Positions 49,871-62,600 of a stretch of DNA of 64,000 nucleotides are shown here, one piece after another (the first letter of the stretch is position 1; every line of letters begins with the position of its first letter). The stretch is from assembly GCF_963921235.1 (NCBI RefSeq), contig NC_086097.1, forward strand, positions 42,410,001 through 42,474,000. Direction: 5' to 3'. The notes beneath the pieces were generated by a model. The model was not told the origin of the DNA and made no database searches. It was given only the letters and a program-made list of their open reading frames with translations. Position numbers and translations under genes: made by a program. This DNA is from Mobula hypostoma (Eukaryota).

Positions 49871-51477
49871 CTGGGGAAATAAAAATCCGTTGAAGGTAAA
49901 TCTGTACGGAGGACAAAGAGGTAGAAATGTTTCGCTGTCAAAAATAAAGTATGCATTTGAAAATTATGTTCACCTAAAGTGGACCAATACTCCTCACATT
50001 CTGTGTGTGATTACCTTCACCCTTTTTCCAACAGAAAACTCTCCCAAATGACATCAGCCATGCAGAAACATGTCATATTGGACCATTTTTTACATGGTTA
50101 TTGGTAGGTATAAAACGTGTGTTGTTATTTTGGCTATTAACATAAGTTATTTTGCAATTGGGGTAATTTCTGTATGCAATTTTAATCTGCTTGTAGAGTC
50201 CACTGAAATAGTAAAAAAAAGACATCCATTCCTCTGCACAGAACCAAATGTTAAAAAAAATCATGCTTCAAAATGTTTTTCCTGTCTGAATCCTTAGTTT
50301 TTGGGACAAACCTATGTTTTCATTTTTAATGGTTACATTGTTAATGTTGACAATACTCTGTCCAAGAGTAGAAAACATCAGAATTGCGTAGAAATATTAG
50401 TGATTTATTCTGAGGAAGGGCCACACCAGCAGTCTTATGTTATCAGTCAGGTTGCTTCTCATCTTTCAGTTCATCCACTGAGAGATTTTCTTTTTTAAGC
50501 AGGCCCCCAGATCAGCTGGACCAGGGCACTGTGCATGATACAATTTCATTCAATGAATCATGCAACCACATCAAGTATCTTATTTATTGATTGAATCCCT
50601 AAAACTAACTGAAAATAAATGTGAAAATTGAAGTACATGTGGCCAACGTGCATATTATGAAATACTAGATTGCTGCGATGTGCATATAACGGTACCCTGG
50701 TCTGTTCTAAGTTGTTTACGCTCCTTCCGTTCCTCTATCCCAGTAGTAAACAAGGTTTACTTAGTGGCATTTTTAATTGTTCCTCTGAAAGAAGTTTCTG
50801 CATGCAGAATGGAACATCAATACTCCTGAGTGCTAAATTGCTAGGTGAGCTGTTGAATTACTAATGCAGGAGCATGAAGGGAAAGGGCATGCCACAGCAT
50901 AAATCCAGCTCTTAAGCAGTCTTTACTCCCTCCAAATAATATTGTATTGTGCAAACCATGCTACAGAGAAAAAAATACTGTGTAAATATTTGTACAAAAT
51001 AAATAACTACATTCAAAATGGCCTAGTGGCTGCAGTTAGTGTATTAAAAGCTCCTGGACAACTTAAATGAAGTGAATCCCAAACATGGCACTATTTAACA
51101 TGTCTCTCACTTTTTGGAGGACTTTCTAGAAATTTTTGTGGACCTTAATGGCTGCAAAAGGAGGGAGCAGGAACAGTGGTCACTTGGCACTAAGGTTTCA
51201 AATGCAAGAGACCAATCAATGGTCATTTTCAAAGTAAGTCCCTTCCAACATCCTACAATAAGGGGAAGACTAAGAACTTGGCCGGGGAGGGATGCAATTA
51301 GGACAAACCGGATCAAATTTTCAGAATGACATAGATCGAACCAGGAATGGTCCTCATCATGTTTCACTCTGGAAAAAAATTGTCAGTTGCACAACACTGA
51401 GAAAAAGCAACTTCACAGAATACTGAACGCTTGCCCATATTTAACGGTCAGATATTTCTACAGATAGCTATGTAGCA

Positions 51478-51615
51478 GATAGCTATATGGACAGGAAAGG
51501 AATAGAGGATTATGGGCTGAGTGCAGGTCGGTGGGACTAGGTGAGGGTAGGAGTTCGGCACGGACTAGAAGGGCCGAGATGGCCTGTTTCCGTGTCGTAA
51601 TTGTTATATGGTTAC
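51478..51615 (+). mobile_element. CR1 3' UTR fragment
   Basis: ggcacggactagaagggccgagatggcctgtttccgtg..gttatatggtt. Confidence 0.7.
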
Positions 51616-51794
51616 ATGATAAAGTGCAGAGCACCAACTTTAATATTATCATGTAGTGGAATTTTAATCAATATTTTCAGACACATAAGTGATATTCACA
51701 GCCATGTTCACTTTTACAAGGAAAGGTAAATATTAAACAGTCTGACACATAGCAGAACTGACAGATTCTGGTTAATGCAGTTCGAGCTGCGGAG

Positions 51795-52210
51795 CCCCAT
51801 CAGTGTTGTCCCACCACTAACTCAGGCACCCTTCCCGCCTTGCCTCTGGATTTTCCTTGAGTGCTGCCTAATGTGGACCTGGGCACTGCCCCAGTGCTCA
51901 AACATTCTCTCAGTATTATCGCAATGTGGGCCTAGGCATTCCCTCAGTCGTGTCCCAATGTGAGCCAGGCATCTCCTATCCAATGTGGGCCCAAGCACTC
52001 CCACTGTGGTGTCCCAGTATCAGCCTGAGAGTGCCAATAATGTTGTCCTAACGTGGCTGGGCACCTCTCTATGCTGTCCCATTGAAGGCCTGAATGCACC
52101 ATCAGTACTATCTGGCATTGTCCCAATGTGAGCCCAGACCCTTTCTCAACACTATCCCAATGTATGCTTAAGTGCCCCATCAGTACTGTCCCAATGACTG
52201 CCTGGGTGTA
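51795..52210. repeat. Degenerate tandem repeat, ~30-35 bp period
   Basis: About ten copies of a tgtcccaatgtg(g/a)gcc..gca-like motif. Confidence 0.7.
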
Positions 52211-52853
52211 TCAGCATTACTGCCTTCATGATGTCAGAGAACTGAGCTCTTACAGTCCCAATAACCTCCTAAATTAAAATGTGTTACATTATCATCTTCA
52301 AGTGCCTTTCTTTATACACCCTATCTTATTTGCATGTTTCTCTTGCCAAGAGTAGATATTTGTACAAAAGCACTTTTCTTTCAACATTTCATGTTTGATA
52401 AATGTACGAACAGGAAGACCAAATATTTGACAGCCCAAGGTATACTGATACTGGTGAGATTTAATTTAGTCTGATTCAAAGTAAATAAAATGCTAATAAT
52501 AACTTTTTACAGCATCCACAATAATTAAAACATTATTGTGGACCTATATCCTTTAAAATGTACCTCTATATTTCAATACAACTTAATTTCACTCACAGAG
52601 CTTTCCTCTTGTATTTCATGACACCTGAGTAAATGCATTGAGATTCATAGTTAATACCTTGATGATTTCACATAGCAACTGTCTTTTTATAAGCTAAGAG
52701 TGTCTCTGAACAATTTGTTTAACTTCACATGTCAAATTATGTATCTCAGTAAAATTTAGAAGCAACCATATATGAGCTGTTTAGGAACCATGGCAGCAGA
52801 TACAAAATAAAAACCTACCGGGGGAAGGATAGATGGTTAATGCAAAAATATTG

Positions 52854-53262
52854 AAAATCTGCAGATGCTGGAAATCCAAGCAACACACACAAAATGCTGG
52901 AGGAACTCAGCAAGCCAGGCAGTATCTGTGGAAAAGAGTAAACAGTCAATGTTTTGGGGTGAGACCCTTCATCAGCATCCTCCAGTATTTTGTGTGTGTG
53001 TTGCTCTGGATTTCCAGCATCTGCAGATTTTCTCATCTTTGTGCAGCTACTACACTGTGAAGCCCCTTCCAGGCATGTCTACCCTGAACAAGTTTAAATC
53101 TTCCCTTCAGGAGTTCAGTGAAACCCTCTGTCACTGCTCCCCCTCTGTGACCTCTGCTGCCAGCCCTGATGAAGGGTCTCGGCCCAAAACGTCAGCTATT
53201 TATTCTTCTCCATTGATGCCGCCTGGTCTGCTGAGTTCCTCCAGCATTTTGTGTGTGTTGCT
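52854..53262. repeat. PLE-derived short fold-back (52854-53031) plus a second PLE end (53161-53262)
   Basis: aaaatctgcagatgctggaaatcc / ggatttccagcatctgcagatttt inverted; ctgatgaagggtctcggcccaaaacgtc. Confidence 0.8.
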
Positions 53263-54281
53263 AACACAAAAATAACTTGAGTTTAATGGATATTTCTCAC
53301 TGATCAAAAAAGACAGTTCTGGTGGCAAGGTCTTTGTTGGAGCACAGAGCAGAATGGAGCAGTGCTAGGGAGGGACGAGACATATCTATACAGACACAGC
53401 TAATCAAGAGGTGAATGGAAAATGCCTGGATGTGTGCTTGAACCTCCCTGCTATTCCTGTCCTTGTTAGTGGAAATTGTTTTATGTGCATGACCTTCAGT
53501 CCTTTAATTCCAATCATGAACCTCAATGTTATCCCACTGACAGCCTGATGTTCCATTAGTGTCCATGACAGCCTGGGCATATTATCATTGCTGTCCTCAT
53601 GTCATCCGGCTTGCTTCCTCTCAAGCACCCGCGATTGGATCACCCAGATAACCAGCCGGCAGAAAACTGCGCTTCTACAGTCCCAGCAACTTCCTAACTT
53701 GGAAGGTGTCATGTTATCCAAAATTACAGTCCACACACTAGAAATACAACGTCTCTATAAAAGCCCCTCTGCTATGTTCAGTCTGTTAACAGACTGACTA
53801 CTTTCATAGGGAAACAGAAAAGAGAAATAGGATGATCTCCGGAAGACTGGTTCTTAACAGTAGACTCAAGTGGCATTCAATAGCAAAGTCAATTGACTGA
53901 TTCGGAACACTGAACTCATTAGTGTTACAATTCCCAACTTATGGAGTAAGTTGAGTATACTCCATAACTCCCTTGACTTGTGCCTTCTGATCAGTGGAAA
54001 GACTTTGAAGTATCAGGAGATGAATGAATCTCCATAGGATGCAAAGCCTCAGACTTACTCTTGTAGCTGGTCTAGTTAAAACCTTAGGCAATAATAAATC
54101 TGGGATACAGCTTTGAAGAGCAGATATGCACTGCAGATATTCTGACTACACCTGTGGCCAAAATCATTTGCATAAGATAATGAGGCCTGATTCCAGATGC
54201 TGGTTTTAGAATGTCAAGGCAACCAATTTCAGCAAAATTTTTAATCTTTTTCCACAGTGGGATTTAGGGAGGTGCATGCTA

Positions 54282-54376
54282 CAGGTTGAGTGGCCCTTAT
54301 CCAAAAATCCAAAAACCGCTGAAATCCAAAATTTTTTTGAGTGCTGACGTGATATCACAAATGGAAAATTCCACAA
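54282..54376 (+). mobile_element. Tigger/pogo terminal fragment (Tigger4-like)
   Basis: ta|caggttgagtggcccttatccaaaaatcc..tttttgagtgctgac..tggaaaattccaca. Confidence 0.6.
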
Positions 54377-55059
54377 GGCCCTGTGAATCAATGAATCACC
54401 AGTAATCTCAGGATTTGGACGCCAAAGCAAACACTTCCAATGGACCTCCCTTAAAGCTAACCAGTCAGAAGCTTCTACTGCCAAACTGTTCGCCTGGTTT
54501 TGTACCAGCCACCAGATCAAGACGTCTAATCAATATCCATTCGGGCCCCAGAGGAGTAGATAAGCCTGCATTCTGAGGAGACAGCACCCTCAACTGCGCA
54601 CTGATGAGGGGTCCTCAACTGGAGCTGAAACGTCTGGAAACATTTTGCCAAGCTCTGCAATCAACCAAACTTCCAATCATCCTGAAATATGATTGAAATA
54701 TTGACTAACAAGTTAGCAGGCATAAGTAAATGCATAGAACTGTTTTTTTTTCTTATTGCAGTTACTTCAAAAAATGCACGGAATTTATTGGCATTTCATA
54801 AAATCCAGTAATTGAGAAGGGCTCAGTGATATTGATCAGGGCTGACATTAGGACATTAAATCAGCATCATACCTCTTATGCATATGCTAGTTCATCATCT
54901 CATCTCCAGGATGTTCCTATGTGCAAGAGTTCCTCAGGGTAGTGCCCCATGCCCAACCATCTTAATCTGCTTCAGTAATTACCTCTTTCCATTGTAAGGT
55001 CAAAAGTGAAAATATTTGATGATAGCAAAGTATTTAATTGATTCCTCAGAAATAAAGCG

Positions 55060-56228
55060 GATGTGTGTACTTGGATTTTCAGAAGGCCTCTGACACTGTG
55101 ATGAACACAAGGCTACGTAACATGGTATTAAAGGAAAGACAATAGCACTCATAGAGCATTGGCTGATAGGCAGGAGGCAAAGAGTGGGAATAAAGGGAGC
55201 CTTTTCTGATTGGCTGCTGATGACTAGTGGTGTACCACAGGGGTCAGTGTTCTGTTCACTCCTTCTTACATTGTATGTCAATGTTCTGGATAATGGAATT
55301 GACGTCTTTGTAGCCAAGCTTGCAGACAGTATGACGATAGGGGAGGTGCAGGGGTAGTTTTGAGGAAGCAGGAAGGCTGCAGAAGGACTTGAACAGATTA
55401 GGAGAATGGGCAAAGAAGTGGCTAAAGGAACACAGTGGCAGGAAGTGTCTGGTCATACACTTTGGTAGAAGGAATAAAAGCACAGACTATTTTCTAAAAG
55501 GGGAGGAAATTCAAAACTGAGGTATAAAGGGACTTGGGAGTCTTTCTGTAGGATTCCCTAAAGGTTAATTTGTATGTTGAGTCGCTGATGAGGAAGGCAA
55601 ATGCAATTAAGTTAGCATTCATTTTGAAAGGACTGGAATACAAAATCAAGGATGCAACGCTGAGGCTTTATAAGGCATTGGTGAGGCCACACTCGGGGTA
55701 TTGTGAGGTGTTTTCGGCCCCTTATTTAAGAAAGGATTTGTTGACATTGGAGAGGGTTCAGAGGAGATTCACAAAAATGATTCCAGGAATGAAAGGTTTA
55801 TTGTATGAGGGTCATTTGATGGCTCTGGGCCTAAACTCACTGGAGTTTAGAAGAATGAGGAGAATCTCATTGAAGCCTATCGAATATTGAAAGGCCTAGG
55901 TAGAGTGGATGTGGATAGGATATTTCCTTTGGTGGGGGAGTGTAGGACCTAAAGGCACAGCCTCAGAATAGAGGAATGTCTATTTAGAACAGAGATGAGT
56001 AGGAATTTCTTTAGCCAGAGGGTGGTGAATCTGTGGAATTCATTGCCATATGCAATTGTCATTTGGGCAGAGATTGATAAGCCTTGGATTAGTTGAGACG
56101 TGAAAGGTTATGGGTTAGAAAACAGGTAATGGGTTTGACAGGTAAATGGATCAGCCATGATGAAATGGCAGAAATGACTCAGTGGGCTGAATAGCCTTAT
56201 TCTGCTCCTATGTCTTATGGTCTTATAG
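55060..56228 (+). mobile_element. CR1 RT and 3' end
   Basis: YLDFQK, SGVPQGSV, LYKALVRPH, ERVQRRFTKMIPG; tail gtcttatggtcttat. Confidence 0.92.
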
Positions 56229-58095
56229 TCTAAAGCAGTCTCTGCAACAATCAGGTATAAGCTGATAAGAAACAGATTATATTCACATCACAAGTGAAAG
56301 TCTCCTGAACACTTAATAATGGTTACATTTCCCCACTTTCAACAACTGGATTATAATTGACCAAAATTTTAGCAAGATCTGGCCATTAGAGTCTGACCTT
56401 GGTATCCTATGGAGATTGACTCACTTGCTGACACCTCAAAGTCTTTTCACCAATCAGAAGGCACAGGTCAAGAGGGTAATGGGATACATTTAAAGAGCAG
56501 TATACACATGTACGGTTGAATGACAGTAAACTAAACTTGAACTCTCTCAGCCACTGGCGCATTGTCTGAATTATGCCCTGATTATCTGGCTACTCCAGCA
56601 ACTTTCAAAGCTTCTACTCTCTATCATCAGGGTAGCAGCAGCAAGGAAGAGGCACCACCTGCTAGACCCTACCTGAGTTGTATCCACTCCTGACGAGAAT
56701 AGATTATTCTTCTTCTCTGTGTTCAAAATCCTGGAGTGCGTGCATCTTCACTACAACTGAGGAGGTTCCCGATGGCACAGCACCTCATACAGCTCACATC
56801 AGCTGATCAGGAGACTAGAGATGACAGCAAGCAGCTCTGATGTGCACTGTATAAAGATGCTGTGAACAGTGACTTGGTAATCAGTGATGAAAATGTGCAT
56901 TGGCCTGACCATTGAACCTGAGGCTGGCAGATGCTGTGTATGACATCAATGTCAGAATGCTGACTTCTTCATCAATATTTTTTTTCTATATCTCAGTACG
57001 ATATGTTCCTAGTTTTTTTGGTGTAAATGTGCACAAAATGTGATGGCCATACCCAAAACTCAAATTGTGTATGAAAAATGGGTGCTTTTGGACCCATTAT
57101 CTGGGCTTACAAGTAGATTCCATTGTAACTTCATGCAAGCAGTCAATTTCCATCAACTTGAAACATCAATGAGTTATTTCTGGCATACTCAATTTGTAAC
57201 AACTTTTCTTGATGTAGACTCTATTCTTGAGCCATTTTATTGCTAAACAAGTTAAAATGTTGATGTTCATGACTGAGGAATATTTCTCACAATTGTTCTC
57301 TTGTTGTGAATAAGAGGTTTTCATCAGCACTTTGGATGGTAGAAATGTTCATAGCAACTACATAAGGGGTTCAGTTCTGAAGATTAACCAACATGGATTG
57401 GGTGAACTAATTGAATGTACCTCCCGATGGCTGAGAATAAAACGGCCTTTGAAACACCCACAAACTGCTAAATCCAATCAGCCACCGAAGTTGAAGATCA
57501 TCAAAGTGAGATAGGCAAGATATGTCAAAAAGTAGGAATTAAATCTCATCAAAAGTGACTTTAATGGGCTTCTTTGCAGCAAAATAGAAAAATTCACCAG
57601 AGATTATCTGTTGAGCGGAAGAGATACAAATGTAGTGCTACCTATCAACTTGACATATTTATGGTTTGATAACTCACAACAGAGCACTGGCATTACTCAT
57701 TTTCCTTCTGATGTCTCCCCTTCTATTCCATCACATTCCTTTTGAAATTTAATGGCCTGGACTTCCTGTCAAATTAGAGGGTGATCCCAATGACATTCGC
57801 CGCTACTAAAGTGTAAATCACCCAGAAATTTATGACAAGGAAGAGAAGCCATGAATTTCAAATTATTATGATTAGATGGTTAATTTGCACTTCCAACGCC
57901 ATCCTTAAATAAAAAGCATCAGCTCACCTTGAAACTTTGTGAACTTGCATTCTTATAAATTAATAACTAATTAGACTTGGTGGAGAAAGTCGCTTACCTT
58001 TTTGAGTACAGAAATTTATCTTACTGCAAAGGTAATTAGCTTCATCAGTCCAGAAAGGGAACAACTCAAACAACAATTTTCTTACAGGTAACAAT

Positions 58096-58653
58096 TGTAA
58101 GCCTCAGGTTCGGCCAGCATCATTAGTCTAGGGAAGACAGTCTCTGGCCCCATCAAACGTGTGAAATCTGAGGTGCAAAACCTCGAGTTTGTGTAGATGC
58201 TGTGTGATCTGTTCCCCCATTATAAATCAGTACCAATGAAATAAGACAGTACACCATATACAATTAAATGATTTAGCTCTTTAATTCTTAATTTGACTAA
58301 ACGGTTAGTAAAGAACTACAAAAAGAAAAGGGCCCATTTTAATGAAACAGTCTAATGTGCACATTGGAGCTCACAGTTTCCATCGATTTTCCCGGGCTCT
58401 GTCGACTCCCGGCCCTACTCCAAGTCCACTCCGCCCTGCTGTCTACAATCTCTCCATTCTGGCATCTTCTCTCTTCATCTCTCGCTGAACCAAAAGACAC
58501 AGATCACCTCGTTCTCAGACAACAAGAAAAAAAACGCTCCCTTCATTGGGCAGCGCACATTCCAAAGCCCCCATTATCTCTAGTCATAACCCAAACACTG
58601 CTGCTACAGAAAAACCATTACATTAGCAGTGAAACCTCTCCCAGGGTGTTACA
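58096..58653. mobile_element. Solo LTR (558 bp)
   Basis: tgtaa...ttaca; exact 4-bp TSD caat at 58092-58095 and 58654-58657. Confidence 0.9.
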
Positions 58654-59155
58654 CAATATTGTATGGAGCCTATCATCAGCATCAACAGAGCTTTATGAAC
58701 TAAATAAAAATACAGAAGGGATAAGCAGAGCAATCATAAACAGAGCAGCACTGGCCACTACTAGGCCAGTGGTGAGAGTAGAAGCGACAGGCTTTGTCTC
58801 AAAAGAGGCTTCGGCTAGAAAGAGGTGTCAGTTCTGTGTAAAGCATCTGTTAAGGTTCCCTTTTTATCTTTTTTTCCCTCACTAACTGTATCATTTAAAT
58901 GGCTGTGGTGTGCTCTTCATGCTGGATGTTGGAGAACTGGGAGACCCAGAGTCTCCCAGGGAACTACATCTGCATGGAGTGCATCTGGCTGCAGTTCCTT
59001 GAATTCCATGTTAGGGATCTGGAGCAGCAACTGGATGATCTTCGGCTTATACTGGAGAGTAAGGACATAATCGATCAAAGTTACAAGGAAGTAGTCACCC
59101 TGAAGTTGCAAGAGGCGAGTAGCTGGGTGACCGTCAGGAGAAATGGAAATAGGCA

Positions 59156-59674
59156 ACACTCACAACACGCTGGAGGAACTCAGCAGGTCAGGCAGCATCC
59201 GTGGAGAAGATTGGTCGACATTTCAGGCCAGAACCTTTCGTCAGGACTGTAGAGGGAAGGGGCAGAAGCCCTATAAAGAAGGTGGGGGGAGGGTGGGAAG
59301 GAGAAGGCTGGTAGGTTCCAGGTGAAAAACCAATAAGGGGAAAGATAAAGGGGTTCCGCCTCCTTCTACTACCCATTGTGTTTTCCCCTATTCTTTCTTC
59401 ACCTTTCCTGCCTATCACCTCCCTGCCTCCCCTCCCCCACCTCTTTATCTTTCCCCTTACTGGTTTTTCACCTGGAACCTACCAGCCGTCTCCTTCCCCC
59501 CCTCCCCCCACCCTCTTTATAGGGCCTCTGCCCCTTCCCCCTACAGTCCTGACGAAGGGTTCCGGCCCGAAACGTTGACCGATCTTTTCCACGGATGCTG
59601 CCTGACCTGCTGAGTTCCTCCAGCGTGTTGTGAGTGTTGCTTTGACCCCAACATCTGCAGATTATTTTGTGTTT
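59156..59674. mobile_element. Fold-back PLE insertion in CR1 ORF1 with 13-bp TSD
   Basis: TSD atggaaataggca at 59143-59155 and 59675-59687; ~200-bp inverted arms. Confidence 0.93.
59544..59581 (+). ncRNA. Minimal hammerhead ribozyme motif
   Basis: cagtc-CTGACGA-agggttccggccc-GAAAC-gtt-gaccg. Confidence 0.72.
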
Positions 59675-62600
59675 ATGGAAATAGGCAGTTAGAGAAGAAC
59701 ACCACTGTGGCCATTCCCCTCATAAACAAGTATACCGCTTTAGATACTTTTGTGGGAGTGACCTCCCAGGAGAATGCCACAGCGACCGGGTTACAGGCAC
59801 TGACCATGGGTCCATGGTGCAGAAGGAAAAGAGAGAAGAAGGGAGCAATAGTGGTAGGGGACTCTGTAGTGAGGGGAACAGACAGGAGATTCTGTGGACG
59901 TGAACGGGACACCCAGGTGGTACGTTGCCTCCCAGGTGCCAGGGTTAGGGATGTCTCAGAACGTATCCACAACATTTTGGAGAGGGATGGGGAGCAGCCA
60001 GATGTCTTGGTACATATTGGTATCAATGACATAGGAAGGAAAAACAAAGAGGTCCTGAAAAGAGAATTTAGAGAGCTAGGTAGAAAGCAGAGAAGCAGGA
60101 CCTTTGGGGTAGTAACTTCTGGATTGCTGCCTGTGCCATGCATCAGTGAGGGTAGAAACATGACGATTTGGCAGATAAATGCACAGCTGAAGAGCTGGTG
60201 CAGGGGGCAGGGCTTCAGGTTCTTGGATCATTGGGATCTCTTCTGGGGGAGGTATAACCTGTAGAAAAGTGATGGGTTACACTTGAACCCAAGGGAAACC
60301 AATATTCTCGTGAGCAGGTTTGTTAGAGCTGTTGGGAGGGTTTAAACTAACTTGACAAGGGGGTGGGAACCAGAGTGAAGGGACTGAGGATAGGATGGAT
60401 GGTAAAAAAGTAAAGATAGCGTGCAGTCAGACTATCAGGAAGGGCAGGCAGGTGATGGGACATAGCTGCAGCCAACAGGCTGAGTATCAAATCATTAGGG
60501 ATGCAGAATCAGAAAGGATAGCAAATACAACTCAAGGTGTTGTATCTAAATGTACATAGTATAAAAAATAAGGTGGATGAACTTGTTGCAAAATTACAGA
60601 TTGCCAGGTATGATGTTGCAGCCATCACTGAATTGTGGCTGAAGGATGGTTGTAGTTGGAAACTGAATGTCCAAGTTTAAACATTGTATCGGAGGGATAG
60701 GAAGGTAGGCCGAGGGGATGGCGTGGCTCAGCTGGTAAAGAATGGCATCAAATCAGTAGAAAGATGTTGAATCCTTGTGGGTTGAGTCCAGAAACTGCAA
60801 GGGTAAAAGGACATTGATGGCAGTTACATACAGGCCTCCCAACAGTGGCTGGCAGATGGACCACAGATTACAACAGGAAATAGAAAAGGTGTGTCAAAAG
60901 GGCAATGTCATGGTAGTTATGGGAGATTTTGACATGCAGGTCGATTGGGAAAATCAGGTTGGTAATGGATCTCCGGAGAGTAAGTTTGTTGAATGCCTAA
61001 GAGATAGCTCTTTAGAGCAGTTTGTCGTTGAGCCTACTAGGGGATCAGCTATACTGGATTGGGTGTTATGTAATGAACCAGAGGTGTGTAGGGAGCTTAA
61101 GGTAAAAGAACCCTTAGGAACCAGTGATCACAATATGATTGAGTTCAACTTGAAATTTGATTGGGAGAAAGTAAAGTTTGATGTAGCAGTATTTCAGTGG
61201 AGTAAGGGAAATTACAGTGGTATGAGAGAGGAGAAGGCCAAAGTAAATTGGAAGGAGCTACTGGCAGGGATGTCAGCAGAGCAGCAATGGCGTGCTTTTC
61301 TGGGAAAAATGAAGAAGATGCAGGGCACACATATTCCAAAAATGAAGAAATACTCAAATGGTAAAATACTACAACCATGGCTGACAAGGGAAGTCAAAGC
61401 CATTATAAAAGCAAAGAAAAGGGCACACAACAAAGTAAAACTTAGTGAGAAGATAGAGGATTGGGAAGTTTTAAAATACCTTCAGAGAGCAACTAAAAAA
61501 TCATTAGAAGGGAAAAGATGAAATATGAAAGCAAGCTGGCAAATAATGTCGAAGTGGATAGTAAGAATTTTTTTAAGTGTGTTAAAAATAAAAACGAAAT
61601 GAGAGTGGACATAGGACCACTAGAAAATGAGCCAGGAGAAATAATAACGGGGACAAAGAGATGGCTGATGAACTAAATGAGTATTTTGCATCAGTCTTCA
61701 CGGTGGAGAACACTAACAGTATGCCTGATGTTGTAGTGTGTGAAGGAAGAGAAGTAGGTGCAGTTACTGTTACAAGAGAGAAGGTGCTCAAAAAGCTGAA
61801 AGACTTAAAGGTACACAAGTCACCCGGACCAGATGAACTGCATCCTAGGGTTCTGAAAGAGGTAGCATTAGAGGTTGTGGCAGCATTAGAAATAATCTTA
61901 CAAAAATCATTGGACTCTGGCATGGTGCCAGAGGACTGGAAAATTGCAAATGTCACTCCACTCTTTAAGAAAGGAGGAAGGCAGTAGAAAGGAAATTGTA
62001 GACCAGTTAGCCTCAGTGGTTGAGAAGATGTTAGGGTCAATTGATAAGGATGAGGTGATGGAGTACTTGGTGACACAGGACAAGGTAGTACAAAGTCAGT
62101 ATGGTTTCCTTCAGGGAAAATTCTGCTTGACGAACCTGTTGGAATTCTTTGAGAAGGTTACAAGTAGGATCGATAAGAGGGATACAGTGAATGTTGTATA
62201 TTTGGATTTCCAGAAGGCCTTTGACTAAGTGCCACACATCAGGCTGCTTACCAAGAAAAGAGCCCATGGTATTACAGGAAAGTTACTAACATGGTTAAAG
62301 CATTGGCTGATTGGTAGGAGGCAGCCAGTGGGAATAAAAGGATCCTTTTCTGGTTGGCTGCCAGTGATTAGTAGTGTTCCACGGAGGTTGGTGTTGGGAC
62401 CACTTCTTTTTATGCTGTATATAAATGATTTAGATGATAGAATAGATGACTTTGTTGCCAAGTTTGCAGATGATACAAGGATTGGTGGAGGGGCAAGTAG
62501 TGTTGAGGAAGCAGGTAGGATGCAGAAGGACATAGACAGATTAGGAGAATGGGCAAGAAAGTGGCAAATGAAACACAATGTTGGAAAAAGCATGGTCATG

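Larger units (their letters stand above)
58899..60350 (+). pseudogene. CR1 ORF1 with esterase domain, disrupted by a PLE insertion
   Basis: ORFs 58899..59252 and 59707..60264. Confidence 0.85.
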
